From NCBI GenBank assembly GCA_963662945.1, contig OY759974.1, forward strand, positions 1,056,001-1,120,000: a stretch of DNA of 64,000 nucleotides, in the 5' to 3' direction. Below, one piece after another: positions 1 to 9,876 of this stretch. Below the pieces are notes generated by a model. The model saw nothing but the letters and a program-made list of their open reading frames with translations. It was not told the DNA's origin and ran no database searches. The DNA is from Arcobacteraceae bacterium (lineage in GTDB: Bacteria; Campylobacterota; Campylobacteria; Campylobacterales; Arcobacteraceae). Both the position numbers and the translations under genes were made by a program. Every line of letters starts with the position of its first letter. Positions within the stretch are counted from its first letter, which is position 1.

Positions 1-513
1 AGAATCTCTGATTGCTTCATTTAATATATTTTCAAAATCACTAGCATCTGAAACCATCATCTTATAAGCAGTTTGATGAATATTTATATTTGAAGTTTTT
101 GTTGTATTTCCTTGTTTTATAACTAACTCTAAAGCGATTGAAACTTGCATATTTTTTTTATCTAATTTATCTTTTTTATATGTTGCTTCTATTTTTTTTA
201 TATTTACTTCGACATTGTACATAGCACCGTTTTGTTCATACATATCTGTAGTTTTCAACTCTCGAATAAAAGCTTCTCTATACCAAATTTTTAGATTGTT
301 GCTTACATTGTACTGTTCAACTACAACACCCTCATCTAAAACTGTAGAGACCATTTGATTAACCCTTTGATCTTCTACACCTAAAAAATTTATTTTTGTA
401 TTTTGTTTTTCATTTTGATTGAGTGTTACATAAGGTTTGAGATTTGATTCAAACTTTTTTGTACAACCTAAGAACACAATTCCTGCTAATAAAACTAATA
501 TTACTTTTTTCAT
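1..513 (-). CDS. Lipoprotein, probably YajG-like (partial, runs off the left edge)
   Basis: Translated by hand: MKKVILVLLAGIVFLGCTKK... has a lipobox (FLGC), then GVEDQR and WYREAFIREL. AAGGA SD precedes the ATG. The frame is open to base 1. Confidence 0.7.
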   Translation of the reverse strand, partial: MKKVILVLLAGIVFLGCTKKFESNLKPYVTLNQNEKQNTKINFLGVEDQRVNQMVSTVLDEGVVVEQYNVSNNLKIWYREAFIRELKTTDMYEQNGAMYNVEVNIKKIEATYKKDKLDKKNMQVSIALELVIKQGNTTKTSNINIHQTAYKMMVSDASDFENILNEAIRDS

Positions 514-569
514 ATTCATTCCTTTTTATATTTTTAAAAATCTCTTCATTATAACAAAATGTTTACCAA

Positions 570-2936
570 TTAATCTCTTTGACATATTGTGGCATAGCTG
601 CAAAACTGGCAATTTGAAATCTTATCAGTACATTCAAAATTTACACTTGTAGTTTTTAATCTTTGAAGATGCATATCAAGGTATTCTAACTTTTCATTTA
701 ACATAACTTCACTTTTTATGGAACTATCATTTAAGTCATAATACCCAACACTTTTTATCATCTTATCTCTTTGACTTAAGTAGTAAAACTCTAGTTGAAA
801 GTCTGTTGATTCTTCGTAAGTTTTTGGTGTATCTATTTTTAAACTGGAAGATGTTTTATAATCAAGTATCTCAAAAGTTCCATCACTATGTTTATCTATT
901 CTATCAATTTTTCCTTTGATTGAAATGCCATTATAACTTAAGTGAAATGGCTGTTCAACACTCTTTATCTTAATCCCATTTGCAACTCTTACTTTTTCAA
1001 ACTCTACTAATCTTTCAAGTTTTTTCTTCCAAAGTTCAAGTTCTAATACAAGATATGGATTTGATTTTTGAAAAGTTACTAGATAGTTATGGATAAACTC
1101 GTTTGTTAAGTTGTTGTTTTTTACAGCCTCTTCAAGACAATTATGGATGATACTTCCCACTTCAAAGTTTTGTGGTTTTATACTGATTGTATGCTCTTTT
1201 ATTTTTGCAATATAGTTAAAGTAATATTGTCTTTTACAAGTAAGATATGACTTCAAACTTGTAGCTGACCAACTCTCTTTTGATAAATCTATATCAAGGA
1301 TAATATCACTACTAAAGTGTTGCAATTGTTTTGGTGTATAAAGAATAGTTTTATACTCTTTTTTTACTAAATACTCTTTGTAGTTTTCAAAAAGTTGCAC
1401 TATAAATCTACTCATCACACTTTGCTCATCATCTATAAAACAAATAGCTATCTGTTGTGCTTTATCAAAAACTCTTTTGTAATAATATCTTTGGAGATTT
1501 TCCCTATCAGTAATAGTTGGAAGACCTGAAAGTTCTTTTATTTTTGTTGAGATAAATTTATCTTTGATACTGAGTTTTGGGATTTTATCATCATTAAAAT
1601 CACAGACGATAACTCCATCGAACTCAACTGCTCTTGTTTCAAGTATCCCTAAAACTGTGATTTTTCCACCACTTACATCATCAATTGTTATATTTGATAA
1701 TTCATTCGAAAGAAGTTTAATAAACTCTTTTGTTTTTAGATGTAAGCTATTTGCCCCTATATTAGTAAAAAGTAAAATATCCAATGATATTTTTAAATAC
1801 TCTAGTTTTTCTAAAACCTCTTCATCTTCCTCAAAAGAAAAAAGATACTGCATCACTTGTTCAAAAATCTCTTTTGTAAAAACTTTATTCCAATTATCTC
1901 GAAAAATAGTTACGAAATCTTCCTCTTTTATCTGCAAAAAATTAAACTTTTCTAAATCTTTTGGTTCAAAATCTATCAATATTTTGTTGATTATTCGCAA
2001 TACTTTTACTATTTTTCTCTCATTTATTCCTCTTCCCATAGCAAAGTTAAAATAGTGCTCTTCATCAAAAAGTTCAAGAGAAGATGCAAACTGTTCATTT
2101 GGGATAATAACAGCAATTTTTTCAGGCTCAATTCCATTTTGTACCATTTGGATAATATGATATTTTATAAATGCAATCTGCTCTAAACTACTAGAAAGTG
2201 GGGATATTACTATATTTTGTTTCTGTTTTATTATCTCTTTGGCTTTTACTATTTTCATATTTGTTAAATCTATCTTATAACTATAATCTATTTCTAAATC
2301 ATTTTTTAACGCACCAAACAGCTCTTTGTTTTTTTGATTGTATTGATTAAAAGTGATATTGATATAGATTTGACACACTTTTGAAATTTCACTTATAATT
2401 GTAAATTCAAAAGAGGATAAATATCCCTCAAGATTAATTGTAATAGTTTCAAACTGCTCTATATAGTCAAGATTTAACTGATAATTTTGTGGCAATAAAA
2501 TTGTATCTGTATAACCATTTTTTTCTAATATCTCCACATAGTTTTTGTGAATAGTTTTTAGTATCTCAATATGGTCACTATATAAAGCATAAGTATCAAA
2601 CTCTAGTAAAGTATCAAAATCAATATACTCATTTGCCGTTTCAGTAAAAAACCGAAAAATATAATCACTTTGTTTTAAAAAAGTACTAAAATCTCCACTA
2701 AAACCTAAAGCTTCTATATCCATAGAACTAATAGCTTCTTTGAGATAAAGTATTTTAAGATTTTTATCACAAAAATTTTTATTCTCTTTTTCAAGTGTTA
2801 CTAAAGAGAAAAACTCCCCTATTGCAATATTTTTATTTAAAAGTTGATTTTGATTTTTTAAAGAGCTAAGGTGATACCTAATAGCTCTTGATGTAGGAAA
2901 AACTACAAGAGAGTTTTTAAGACTCTTTTTTAGCAT
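570..2936 (-). CDS. addB: AddB-like PD-(D/E)XK nuclease subunit of AddAB
   Basis: N-terminal VFPTSRA. C-terminal WSATSLKSYLTC, GSIIH, GKIDRID, LDYKT, QLEFY and Fe-S-type cysteines (CQFC...C). Confidence 0.85.
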   Translation of the reverse strand: MLKKSLKNSLVVFPTSRAIRYHLSSLKNQNQLLNKNIAIGEFFSLVTLEKENKNFCDKNLKILYLKEAISSMDIEALGFSGDFSTFLKQSDYIFRFFTETANEYIDFDTLLEFDTYALYSDHIEILKTIHKNYVEILEKNGYTDTILLPQNYQLNLDYIEQFETITINLEGYLSSFEFTIISEISKVCQIYINITFNQYNQKNKELFGALKNDLEIDYSYKIDLTNMKIVKAKEIIKQKQNIVISPLSSSLEQIAFIKYHIIQMVQNGIEPEKIAVIIPNEQFASSLELFDEEHYFNFAMGRGINERKIVKVLRIINKILIDFEPKDLEKFNFLQIKEEDFVTIFRDNWNKVFTKEIFEQVMQYLFSFEEDEEVLEKLEYLKISLDILLFTNIGANSLHLKTKEFIKLLSNELSNITIDDVSGGKITVLGILETRAVEFDGVIVCDFNDDKIPKLSIKDKFISTKIKELSGLPTITDRENLQRYYYKRVFDKAQQIAICFIDDEQSVMSRFIVQLFENYKEYLVKKEYKTILYTPKQLQHFSSDIILDIDLSKESWSATSLKSYLTCKRQYYFNYIAKIKEHTISIKPQNFEVGSIIHNCLEEAVKNNNLTNEFIHNYLVTFQKSNPYLVLELELWKKKLERLVEFEKVRVANGIKIKSVEQPFHLSYNGISIKGKIDRIDKHSDGTFEILDYKTSSSLKIDTPKTYEESTDFQLEFYYLSQRDKMIKSVGYYDLNDSSIKSEVMLNEKLEYLDMHLQRLKTTSVNFECTDKISNCQFCSYATICQRD

Positions 2937-3498
2937 TTGTTTTTATATAAAAGAACCCTTTTTCACCTTGAATATCTATAGTTCCTGTAATATTCCAGTA
3001 TCCTATAGAATTGATTTTGAACTCTTTTGTATCTTCATTTTGAAATTCTAATTTTACATCTTCTGCATGTGTAGTATTTTTTGTTACTACTAGATGAACA
3101 GTTTTATTAGTAATCTCTTTTCCATCTTTGTCTTGTACTAATATTGTGAATTTATTCTCTCCAACATTAATCATATCTTTTCTTTCTTTCCTCGCTTGAA
3201 TAGAACGTTGTGCTAAAAAAACATCTTCAAGAGAAAGACCTACGATTTCTTGTTCATTAAATACAAATTTTACATTGTATTTATTGGCAAATAAATGATT
3301 TGATTTAACCATATCATTATAATTTTTATCAACTTCATGATAGGTAGTTAAAAAAGCATTATCTGCATCTTTTCCAACATCTGATTTCATAGTTGTTGCT
3401 ACTGTCCAGTATATTAAAGCAAGCCCCAATAAAAATTTCAAAGTAAAAAGAGCATAAACATACTCTTTTCTCATAAATCGTTTATCTTCTTTTACCAT
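2917..3498 (-). CDS. Membrane-anchored FixH/CcoH-like protein (cco accessory cluster)
   Basis: One N-terminal TM helix followed by a beta-rich domain ending GYWNITG. Position between the TPM gene and addB matches recalled Campylobacterota gene order. Confidence 0.55.
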   Translation of the reverse strand: MVKEDKRFMRKEYVYALFTLKFLLGLALIYWTVATTMKSDVGKDADNAFLTTYHEVDKNYNDMVKSNHLFANKYNVKFVFNEQEIVGLSLEDVFLAQRSIQARKERKDMINVGENKFTILVQDKDGKEITNKTVHLVVTKNTTHAEDVKLEFQNEDTKEFKINSIGYWNITGTIDIQGEKGFFYIKTNAKKES

Positions 3499-4133
3499 TA
3501 TTTTTGTGCCTCTTTTCTATATTTTCGTTCACGCATAACAATAATTGCATATAAAATAATTCCACCTAGAACTAACGTATACATAAACATTTTCCAAATT
3601 GTACTTGCAACTTTTCCTTCACTTCCTATACTAGAATCAAGTTTTATATTTTTTGCTTTTGCTACGCTATCTGCCATTTGCGCAAAACCATTTAAACAAG
3701 CAGCACTAGTTTTTGCAAAAAGTGTATTCTTATCTTTAGAAGCCAAAAGAGGGATAACATAACCATCTAAAATATCATCTTTATCTATTATTGTTTTTAG
3801 ATCATCTGACATTAAAATACTTGCATATGTTTGTTCAACTGCGATAGTTAAAACAGCATATGGTTGAGGCAAATCTTTAACTAAATTTGCCTCAATATTT
3901 TTCATCATCTCTAGTCTTTGTTTTCTCTCAATCTTTCTATCAATACCGTTATTTTCTTTAACATCAATATATAAATTTATTCCAAGCTTTTGTTTTGCTT
4001 CATTTCCAATTTCTAATATCTTATCTTGTGCTCTTTGATCAATAAGATCATCGTGCGTTATAATATATGGATTTTGATTTGCTACTAATGTTGTTAGAAA
4101 CAATGTAACTAAAAAAAGTAATCTAATTTTCAC
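3498..4133 (-). CDS. TPM-domain membrane protein
   Basis: Signal peptide, EAKQKLGINLYI, ILDGYVIPLLASKDKN, LNGFAQMAD and a C-terminal TM helix. GTG start with SD. Confidence 0.7.
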   Translation of the reverse strand: MKIRLLFLVTLFLTTLVANQNPYIITHDDLIDQRAQDKILEIGNEAKQKLGINLYIDVKENNGIDRKIERKQRLEMMKNIEANLVKDLPQPYAVLTIAVEQTYASILMSDDLKTIIDKDDILDGYVIPLLASKDKNTLFAKTSAACLNGFAQMADSVAKAKNIKLDSSIGSEGKVASTIWKMFMYTLVLGGIILYAIIVMRERKYRKEAQK

Positions 4134-4218
4134 CTATCTTCCTTTGTATAAACTAATGTTGTATGCTACCATATTGTACTTAAATTATAATGAATAATAT
4201 ATATTATAAGCTCACATT

Positions 4219-4950
4219 TTAACTAAAAAACAATATCTTGAAAGATAAAAGATACAATACAATACCTAGTATTTTTTTTATAGTTTTTGATGATACTTTA
4301 AAGTATAAAATATAGTTCCCAACTATACCGCCAATATATGCACCCAATCCAACTACCAAAAGCAATAAATAGTCTATATCTATCACTGTTGCATAACTTG
4401 TAAATGCTACCAATGAAGAAAATGGTATCACAAAAGATATACTAATAGCTATCTTTTTTGCATCATATCCACATAGTATCAGAATAGGAGAAATGATTGA
4501 CCCACCTCCAACTCCTAAAAATCCTGAAAAAAATCCCCCAATTGAACCCACCACATAAAGTATTATTTTATTTGTTTGTTTTTCTACATTATTTGAACTT
4601 GTACCAAATATCATCAAAGTTGCTATAAAAACAAGTGTTGTTGCAAATACATTTTTAACAATTTCAGCATCAATACTTAATGAGATTTTTGCACCAACAT
4701 AGGCAAATATTATAGAACTTATAACCAATGGTAAAATAAACTCTTTATCAAAAAGCTTTTTTTTAAAATTCAAATAACTTGTTGTAACAGTTGTCACAAA
4801 GTTTACAAATAAACCGCTAGCACGAGAGATATCAAAAGAGAGTCCAGCAAAATTTAATGTTGGAACCAATGCAATTGCAGAACCTACTCCTGCAATTGCA
4901 AATATTGTTGAGAGAATTACAGTAAGTACAAAATAAAGTAAATATTCCAT
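4219..4950 (-). CDS. TauE/SafE family sulfite exporter-like membrane protein
   Basis: About 8 TM helices with the repeated motifs AGVGSAIALVP and SGFLGVGGGSIISP. Confidence 0.85.
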   Translation of the reverse strand: MEYLLYFVLTVILSTIFAIAGVGSAIALVPTLNFAGLSFDISRASGLFVNFVTTVTTSYLNFKKKLFDKEFILPLVISSIIFAYVGAKISLSIDAEIVKNVFATTLVFIATLMIFGTSSNNVEKQTNKIILYVVGSIGGFFSGFLGVGGGSIISPILILCGYDAKKIAISISFVIPFSSLVAFTSYATVIDIDYLLLLVVGLGAYIGGIVGNYILYFKVSSKTIKKILGIVLYLLSFKILFFS

Positions 4951-4953
4951 CGG

Positions 4954-6255
4954 TTATTTTAACCTTTGTCTTGAAATTTCTCGTACATAATCCATCCCTA
5001 TATAAAACTCTTTCATTAGTATCAAAAGTAAATATTTCCCAAATGGCGTAGTTTTAGAATAATCTTTTTCCAGTATTCCAAAATATTTTAAGAGTAAAAA
5101 TAAAAATTTATGTTTTTTGTATTTTTCAAGATTAATGTTATTTGAAAATAAATCTAACATCAGTTGATATTTTAAAATATCTGTGTTTTTGTATTTTTTA
5201 AATCTTTCCTGGGAAAGTTCCCCTTGTATGATTTTTTCTTTATATTTTTCTAAGGAGAAAGTATTGATATACAAAGTGTCTTTTATAAAGCTAAAAGAAC
5301 CTGAACCTAAGCCTATATATTCATTATATTCTACTACATATTCATCAAAAGTATGAATATCTTTTTTTGCAAAAGTCCAAGATGAGATTTGATTGTATTT
5401 TTCTTTTAAAGTATCTACAATCATATTATAAAATTTTGCCTCATTATCAGTATCCAATTTTCCTAAATTTTTTTCAATTCTTTTTTTTACAGAAGGAGAA
5501 TACATCAAAGGATAAAAAGATATTTGTTCTGAATTCATTTTTAAAATCATTTTTAAATCATTTTGTAAAATCTCTTCTGTTTGACTAGGAAGATTAAAAA
5601 TAAAATCAAGATTTACAATTGGAAATTGTCCTATTGCTTTAGAGACATTTTCTAATTGCATTTTTGATGATCCAAATTTTTTATATCGTTTTATTTTTTT
5701 AAGCATCTCATCATTTGTTGTTTGAATTCCTACAGATAATCTATCCACTTTTTTTGATAATAATGTAACTAACTTTTCATCTATTAAAGGATCACCTTCA
5801 CAAGAAACATCTTTGATACTAAAAAGCTCTTTTGCATAGTCTATGGTTTTTACTAATTCATCTGGCAATATTGTAGTAGTTCCACCACCTATGTATAATG
5901 ACACAAAATCATATCCCAAAGATTGAATGATTTCCATCTCTTTTCGTAAATAGTAAAAATATTCTCTAGCTTGTTCTTCTTGAAATTTAAACTTATGAAA
6001 AGAACAATAAGGACATAAAGTTTTACAAAAAGGAATATGTAAATACAATAAATAATTTTTATTTTTCTCTGGTTTTGGAGGAATAATTTTTTGTGTTGTA
6101 TATTGAAAATCTAAGAACTTTTTCGTTTTTCTTTTCATATAAAATGATGCAACTTTTACGATAAATTTTTGAAAAAAACTATACTTAAAAGTTACATTAT
6201 TATCTAAAATTTCAACACTATTACCTACACAGTGATTTGGGTCTATTTGATTCAT
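4954..6255 (-). CDS. HemN-like class C radical SAM enzyme, probable menaquinone methyltransferase (MqnK/MenK type)
   Basis: YLHIPFCKTLCPYCSF (CxxxCxxC), YIGGGT, DRLSVGIQ, QISFYPLM, DEYVVEYNEYIGLGSGSFS. Start placed at ATG 6255; uncertain. Confidence 0.75.
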   Translation of the reverse strand: MNQIDPNHCVGNSVEILDNNVTFKYSFFQKFIVKVASFYMKRKTKKFLDFQYTTQKIIPPKPEKNKNYLLYLHIPFCKTLCPYCSFHKFKFQEEQAREYFYYLRKEMEIIQSLGYDFVSLYIGGGTTTILPDELVKTIDYAKELFSIKDVSCEGDPLIDEKLVTLLSKKVDRLSVGIQTTNDEMLKKIKRYKKFGSSKMQLENVSKAIGQFPIVNLDFIFNLPSQTEEILQNDLKMILKMNSEQISFYPLMYSPSVKKRIEKNLGKLDTDNEAKFYNMIVDTLKEKYNQISSWTFAKKDIHTFDEYVVEYNEYIGLGSGSFSFIKDTLYINTFSLEKYKEKIIQGELSQERFKKYKNTDILKYQLMLDLFSNNINLEKYKKHKFLFLLLKYFGILEKDYSKTTPFGKYLLLILMKEFYIGMDYVREISRQRLK

Positions 6256-6295
6256 AGTAAAGATTATATACAATAATCATTGTATATCCACTTAT

Positions 6296-6661
6296 TTAGT
6301 GGCTACTGCAAGTCCCTTTTGCACCAATTATTTCTAATTTATTTGCCAAAAAGCTCTTGCAAGAGTCATGAACTGTTTTTGAATCTTTATCAAAATATAC
6401 ACTTAATCCTGCATTATGAAATCCTTTTGCAGGAGAACCACCTATTCCACTTACTATTAGTGCATCTGGTGTTAATGACATAATATTTGATATTGCATCT
6501 CCACAACCATTTTGATCATGTCCTGGATTTTTCACAACTTCAACATCAATTACTTCTTCATTTTCTATTGTTACGATAGTGTAAAAATTTGCTTTTCCAA
6601 AGTGTGCACCTCTTTTTGATAACAATCCATCTGCTTCATTTGTTGGTAATATTATTCTCAT
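6296..6661 (-). CDS. NifB/NifX family (FeMo-cofactor-binding-like) protein
   Basis: HFGKANFY, NPGH..GC, LIVSGIGG and a C-terminal TCSSH. Confidence 0.85.
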   Translation of the reverse strand: MRIILPTNEADGLLSKRGAHFGKANFYTIVTIENEEVIDVEVVKNPGHDQNGCGDAISNIMSLTPDALIVSGIGGSPAKGFHNAGLSVYFDKDSKTVHDSCKSFLANKLEIIGAKGTCSSH

Positions 6662-6681
6662 AATTATTCTCCTTTTTTTGA

Positions 6682-7098
6682 TTAATGATGATGGTGATGG
6701 TCATGATTGTGATCGTGATCATGTTCTTTATGACCTCCACCATTATGCATATTGCCTTGTTCTACAAACTGAGCCATATTTGTTCCATCTACTTTTATTA
6801 ATTGTCCATTTTTGAACTTTTCAAGAACTTCTTGCAGTAAAATTCTCTCTTCTCCTGCATGATAACATTCTACGTTTCCTTTTTGGAGTAACATAAAAGG
6901 ATTACCACCCATATGACGAAATATTACTTTATCTATCCCTCTTGCTACAAAACTATCAACGACAGCTCGTCCACTTTCTGTCTCATTTTTTTCTATAGTT
7001 ATCTTATCTCCATCTACAATTGCAAACCATTTTGCTTTACCAAAAAGTGTTGTTACTGCTGGATTTTCTTTATTTGTTTTTACAGGTATCGCTATCAT
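6682..7098 (-). CDS. NifB/NifX family protein with a His-rich C-terminus
   Basis: MIAIPV, LFGKAKWF, HMGGNPF and the tail HKEHDHDHNHDHHHHH. Confidence 0.85.
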   Translation of the reverse strand: MIAIPVKTNKENPAVTTLFGKAKWFAIVDGDKITIEKNETESGRAVVDSFVARGIDKVIFRHMGGNPFMLLQKGNVECYHAGEERILLQEVLEKFKNGQLIKVDGTNMAQFVEQGNMHNGGGHKEHDHDHNHDHHHHH

Positions 7099-7150
7099 TT
7101 ATTATCCTTTTCAAATTTCAAAACATTTCTCATACTTAATTTCAAGCTTA

Positions 7151-7178
7151 AATATATTACAACTGGCCATAATGTCAA
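7151..7178 (-). promoter_or_regulatory. Putative sigma70 promoter for the NifX-family pair
   Basis: TTGACA (7173-7178), 16 nt spacer, TATATT (7151-7156) on the minus strand. Confidence 0.5.
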
Positions 7179-7214
7179 CCACGCTAATTCATACATATAT
7201 TCCATTATTACTCC

Positions 7215-8348
7215 TTAATAATTGTGAGCATCTGGTGCTTCAATCTCTTCTTTTGTGATTTTTACTTTATCCATACTATACCAAGCATATGCAATATAGG
7301 CTAATACAAAAGGTACCATCAATGACACATATGACATCACCATAAGGGTATAGTGACTTCCTGAACTATTTACTATAGTTAAACTACTTTGTAAATCTGT
7401 TGTTGAGGGATAATAAGATGTACCATTCAATCCAACATTCAGTAACAATGCCATTACAGTTAGTACAATTCCTACACCTCCTGTTTTAATACAACAAGTT
7501 TTTCTAAAAGTGATTGCTGTAAATACAGCACCAAGAACCATCAAAACTCCTGCTAAAAACATTGAAATAACAATTGGTAACTCAAGGAAATTTATAAAAT
7601 ATTTATACGGTTGTATAAAGACTACTCCATTAGAATCATAAGCATAGCCATCTTTGAGTAATATCCAAGCTAGAAATCCCAAGAAAAAGAATAAAAATAG
7701 CATCATATTGTATTTAATAGATTCAACTGCTTTATCAACTATTGGTTTAGAATCAATATTGTTCATAAAATATAATGCGCCACTTATTTTTGCTAAGAAT
7801 ACTAAAGCAAATCCAAGAAGATAATTATATGGATTTAAAAGTGCTTCTAAACCTCTTAAATCATTTTGCCATAAAACAAAATTATTAGAAGTTAAAACAA
7901 ATTCACTTCCACTAAAAAAAGTACTTATTGCAACACCTAATAAAAATGTCCCGATATTTCCATTGATTTTTAAAAATATCTCATAAGTCCTTTTCCCTAA
8001 AAAGTTATTTGGTTTTGTTCTATACTCATAACTTACAGCTTGAATAATAAAACAAAATAAAATAGCCAACCATACCCAATAAGCACCACCAAAACTAGTA
8101 GCATAAAATAATGGAAAAGCAGCAAATAATGCCCCTCCAAAAAGAACTAAAGTGGTAAATCCAAGTTCCCATTTTCTTCCAATACTATTTATAAGCATCG
8201 TTTTTTCAGTTTCATTTTCACTTAGAGTATCAATCAACGTTTGCCCACCTTGAACAAACATAATAAACACAAATAATCCACCCAAAAGTGATATGATGAT
8301 CCACCAATATTGTTGTAGTGTTATAAGTTCTAAAGATTCAAATCCCAT
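7215..8348 (-). CDS. cydB: Cytochrome bd quinol oxidase subunit II
   Basis: FVQGGQ, GRKWELGFTTLVLFGGALFAAFP, YEYR and SLTIVNSS. Directly downstream of cydA. Confidence 0.95.
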   Translation of the reverse strand: MGFESLELITLQQYWWIIISLLGGLFVFIMFVQGGQTLIDTLSENETEKTMLINSIGRKWELGFTTLVLFGGALFAAFPLFYATSFGGAYWVWLAILFCFIIQAVSYEYRTKPNNFLGKRTYEIFLKINGNIGTFLLGVAISTFFSGSEFVLTSNNFVLWQNDLRGLEALLNPYNYLLGFALVFLAKISGALYFMNNIDSKPIVDKAVESIKYNMMLFLFFFLGFLAWILLKDGYAYDSNGVVFIQPYKYFINFLELPIVISMFLAGVLMVLGAVFTAITFRKTCCIKTGGVGIVLTVMALLLNVGLNGTSYYPSTTDLQSSLTIVNSSGSHYTLMVMSYVSLMVPFVLAYIAYAWYSMDKVKITKEEIEAPDAHNY

Positions 8349-8349
8349 T

Positions 8350-9876
8350 CTAGTGTCCCCCTTCCGGACCGATTTTGATTTGCTTTGTCATAATTTTAAT
8401 CTCAGCAATCAATAAAATTGTAAATAATGTGGCAAACATATAGAAACTAATCATTACATTTGTTGTTGCTATTTTAGTTGCAGCAATCCCCACAGGCATC
8501 AAATCTTGTATCGCCCAAGGTTGTCTTCCGACTTCTGCAACAACCCATCCAGCTTCACTTGCAATATATCCCAAAGGGATACTAAAAACGGCACTTTTTA
8601 ATAATAATCTATAATCACTTACATCTTTTTTTAAACTTAAATATAAAATCAATGCAAAAAGTAGAGTGAACCAACCGCCAAGGAGAACCATTATATGAAA
8701 AGAATAAAATGTAATAGCCACAGGTGGTATTACATCTTCTGGTGATTGTAAATACCCATATCCAAAATATTTCATATTTGTCTCTAATATATTTTTAGCT
8801 TCTATAGCTTTTACCATATCATTTGCTTTTTTAGCTTCTTTATATTCTTCAAGTGCTTTAATAGCCAATTTTCCTTTCTCTATCTTGTCTTTGGCACTTA
8901 CTATTCCTCTTGTTGTATTTCCATAAACTAAATCTTTTAAACCAGGAACATATGCTGTTGTATCGTGATATCCTAAGAGTGCTAATGCATATGGAATTTC
9001 TACTTCAAATTTATAAGTTTCTTCGTCATTAGTTAGTGTTTTTTTATTATTTAAAATTCCTAATGCAACTATTCCTGCACTTTCTTTTCCTTCATATAAT
9101 CCTTCCATTGCAGCTAATTTTACAGGCTGTTTCAAGGCAACTTGATGTGCTGACTCATCTCCACTTAGTATTAAAAATAAACTTGTAATTAAACCAAAAG
9201 TTGCTCCTATAATCATTGACTTTTTTGCAAAGATTGTATCTCTACCTTTGAGTAAGTACCAAGCAGATACTCCAACTACAAATAAAGATGCCAAAACATA
9301 CCCACTTCCAATGGTATGTAAAAACTTACTCACTGCAACTGGACTTAAAATTACATCCCAAAAATTCATCATCTCATTTCTAACTGTATCTGGATTAAAC
9401 TCCATCCCAACAGGATACTGCATCCAGCCATTAGCAACAAGTATCCAAAGAGCAGAAAGGTTTGAACCTATTGCTACTAGCCAAGTTGAAAGTAGATGGA
9501 ATTTTTTTCCAACTTTTTCCCAACCAAAAAACATAACAGCAAAAAATGTGCTTTCCATAAAAAAAGCTAAAATACCCTCAATAGCAAGTGGTGCACCAAA
9601 AATATCTCCCACAAACCAACTATAATTTGCCCAGTTTGTACCAAATTCAAATTCCATTATAATTCCAGTAGCTACACCTATTGCAAAATTTATTGCAAAT
9701 AATGTCATCCAAAACTTTGTAGTGTTTTTCCAAAACTCACTATTTGTTTTCACATAAATAGTTTCCATAATCGCTACAATAAAACCTAGCCCTAATGTTA
9801 AGGGTACAAAAATCCAATGATACATTGCAGTTAAAGCAAACTGTGCCCTACTCCAATCAACTAAATGTTCTTCCAT
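8350..9876 (-). CDS. cydA: Cytochrome bd quinol oxidase subunit I
   Basis: SRAQFALTAMYHWIFVPLTLG, EFEFGTNW, QPVKLAAMEG and EVGRQPW. Confidence 0.97.
   Translation of the reverse strand: MEEHLVDWSRAQFALTAMYHWIFVPLTLGLGFIVAIMETIYVKTNSEFWKNTTKFWMTLFAINFAIGVATGIIMEFEFGTNWANYSWFVGDIFGAPLAIEGILAFFMESTFFAVMFFGWEKVGKKFHLLSTWLVAIGSNLSALWILVANGWMQYPVGMEFNPDTVRNEMMNFWDVILSPVAVSKFLHTIGSGYVLASLFVVGVSAWYLLKGRDTIFAKKSMIIGATFGLITSLFLILSGDESAHQVALKQPVKLAAMEGLYEGKESAGIVALGILNNKKTLTNDEETYKFEVEIPYALALLGYHDTTAYVPGLKDLVYGNTTRGIVSAKDKIEKGKLAIKALEEYKEAKKANDMVKAIEAKNILETNMKYFGYGYLQSPEDVIPPVAITFYSFHIMVLLGGWFTLLFALILYLSLKKDVSDYRLLLKSAVFSIPLGYIASEAGWVVAEVGRQPWAIQDLMPVGIAATKIATTNVMISFYMFATLFTILLIAEIKIMTKQIKIGPEGGH

Noticed and set aside
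1564-2055. Antisense ORFs in the track (e.g. 1564-2055, 9248-9625, 14062-14379, 24151-24522, 30128-30589, 56841-57167)
   Set aside because: Shadows of well-supported genes on the opposite strand, with no SD or recognisable motif.
6682-6730. GAT/CAT trinucleotide-like repeat as a contingency locus
   Set aside because: Imperfect and in frame; it simply encodes the His/Asp tail.
6296-7098. NifB/NifX proteins as evidence of nitrogen fixation
   Set aside because: No nifHDK or nifEN in the window, and this family is widespread in non-diazotrophs.
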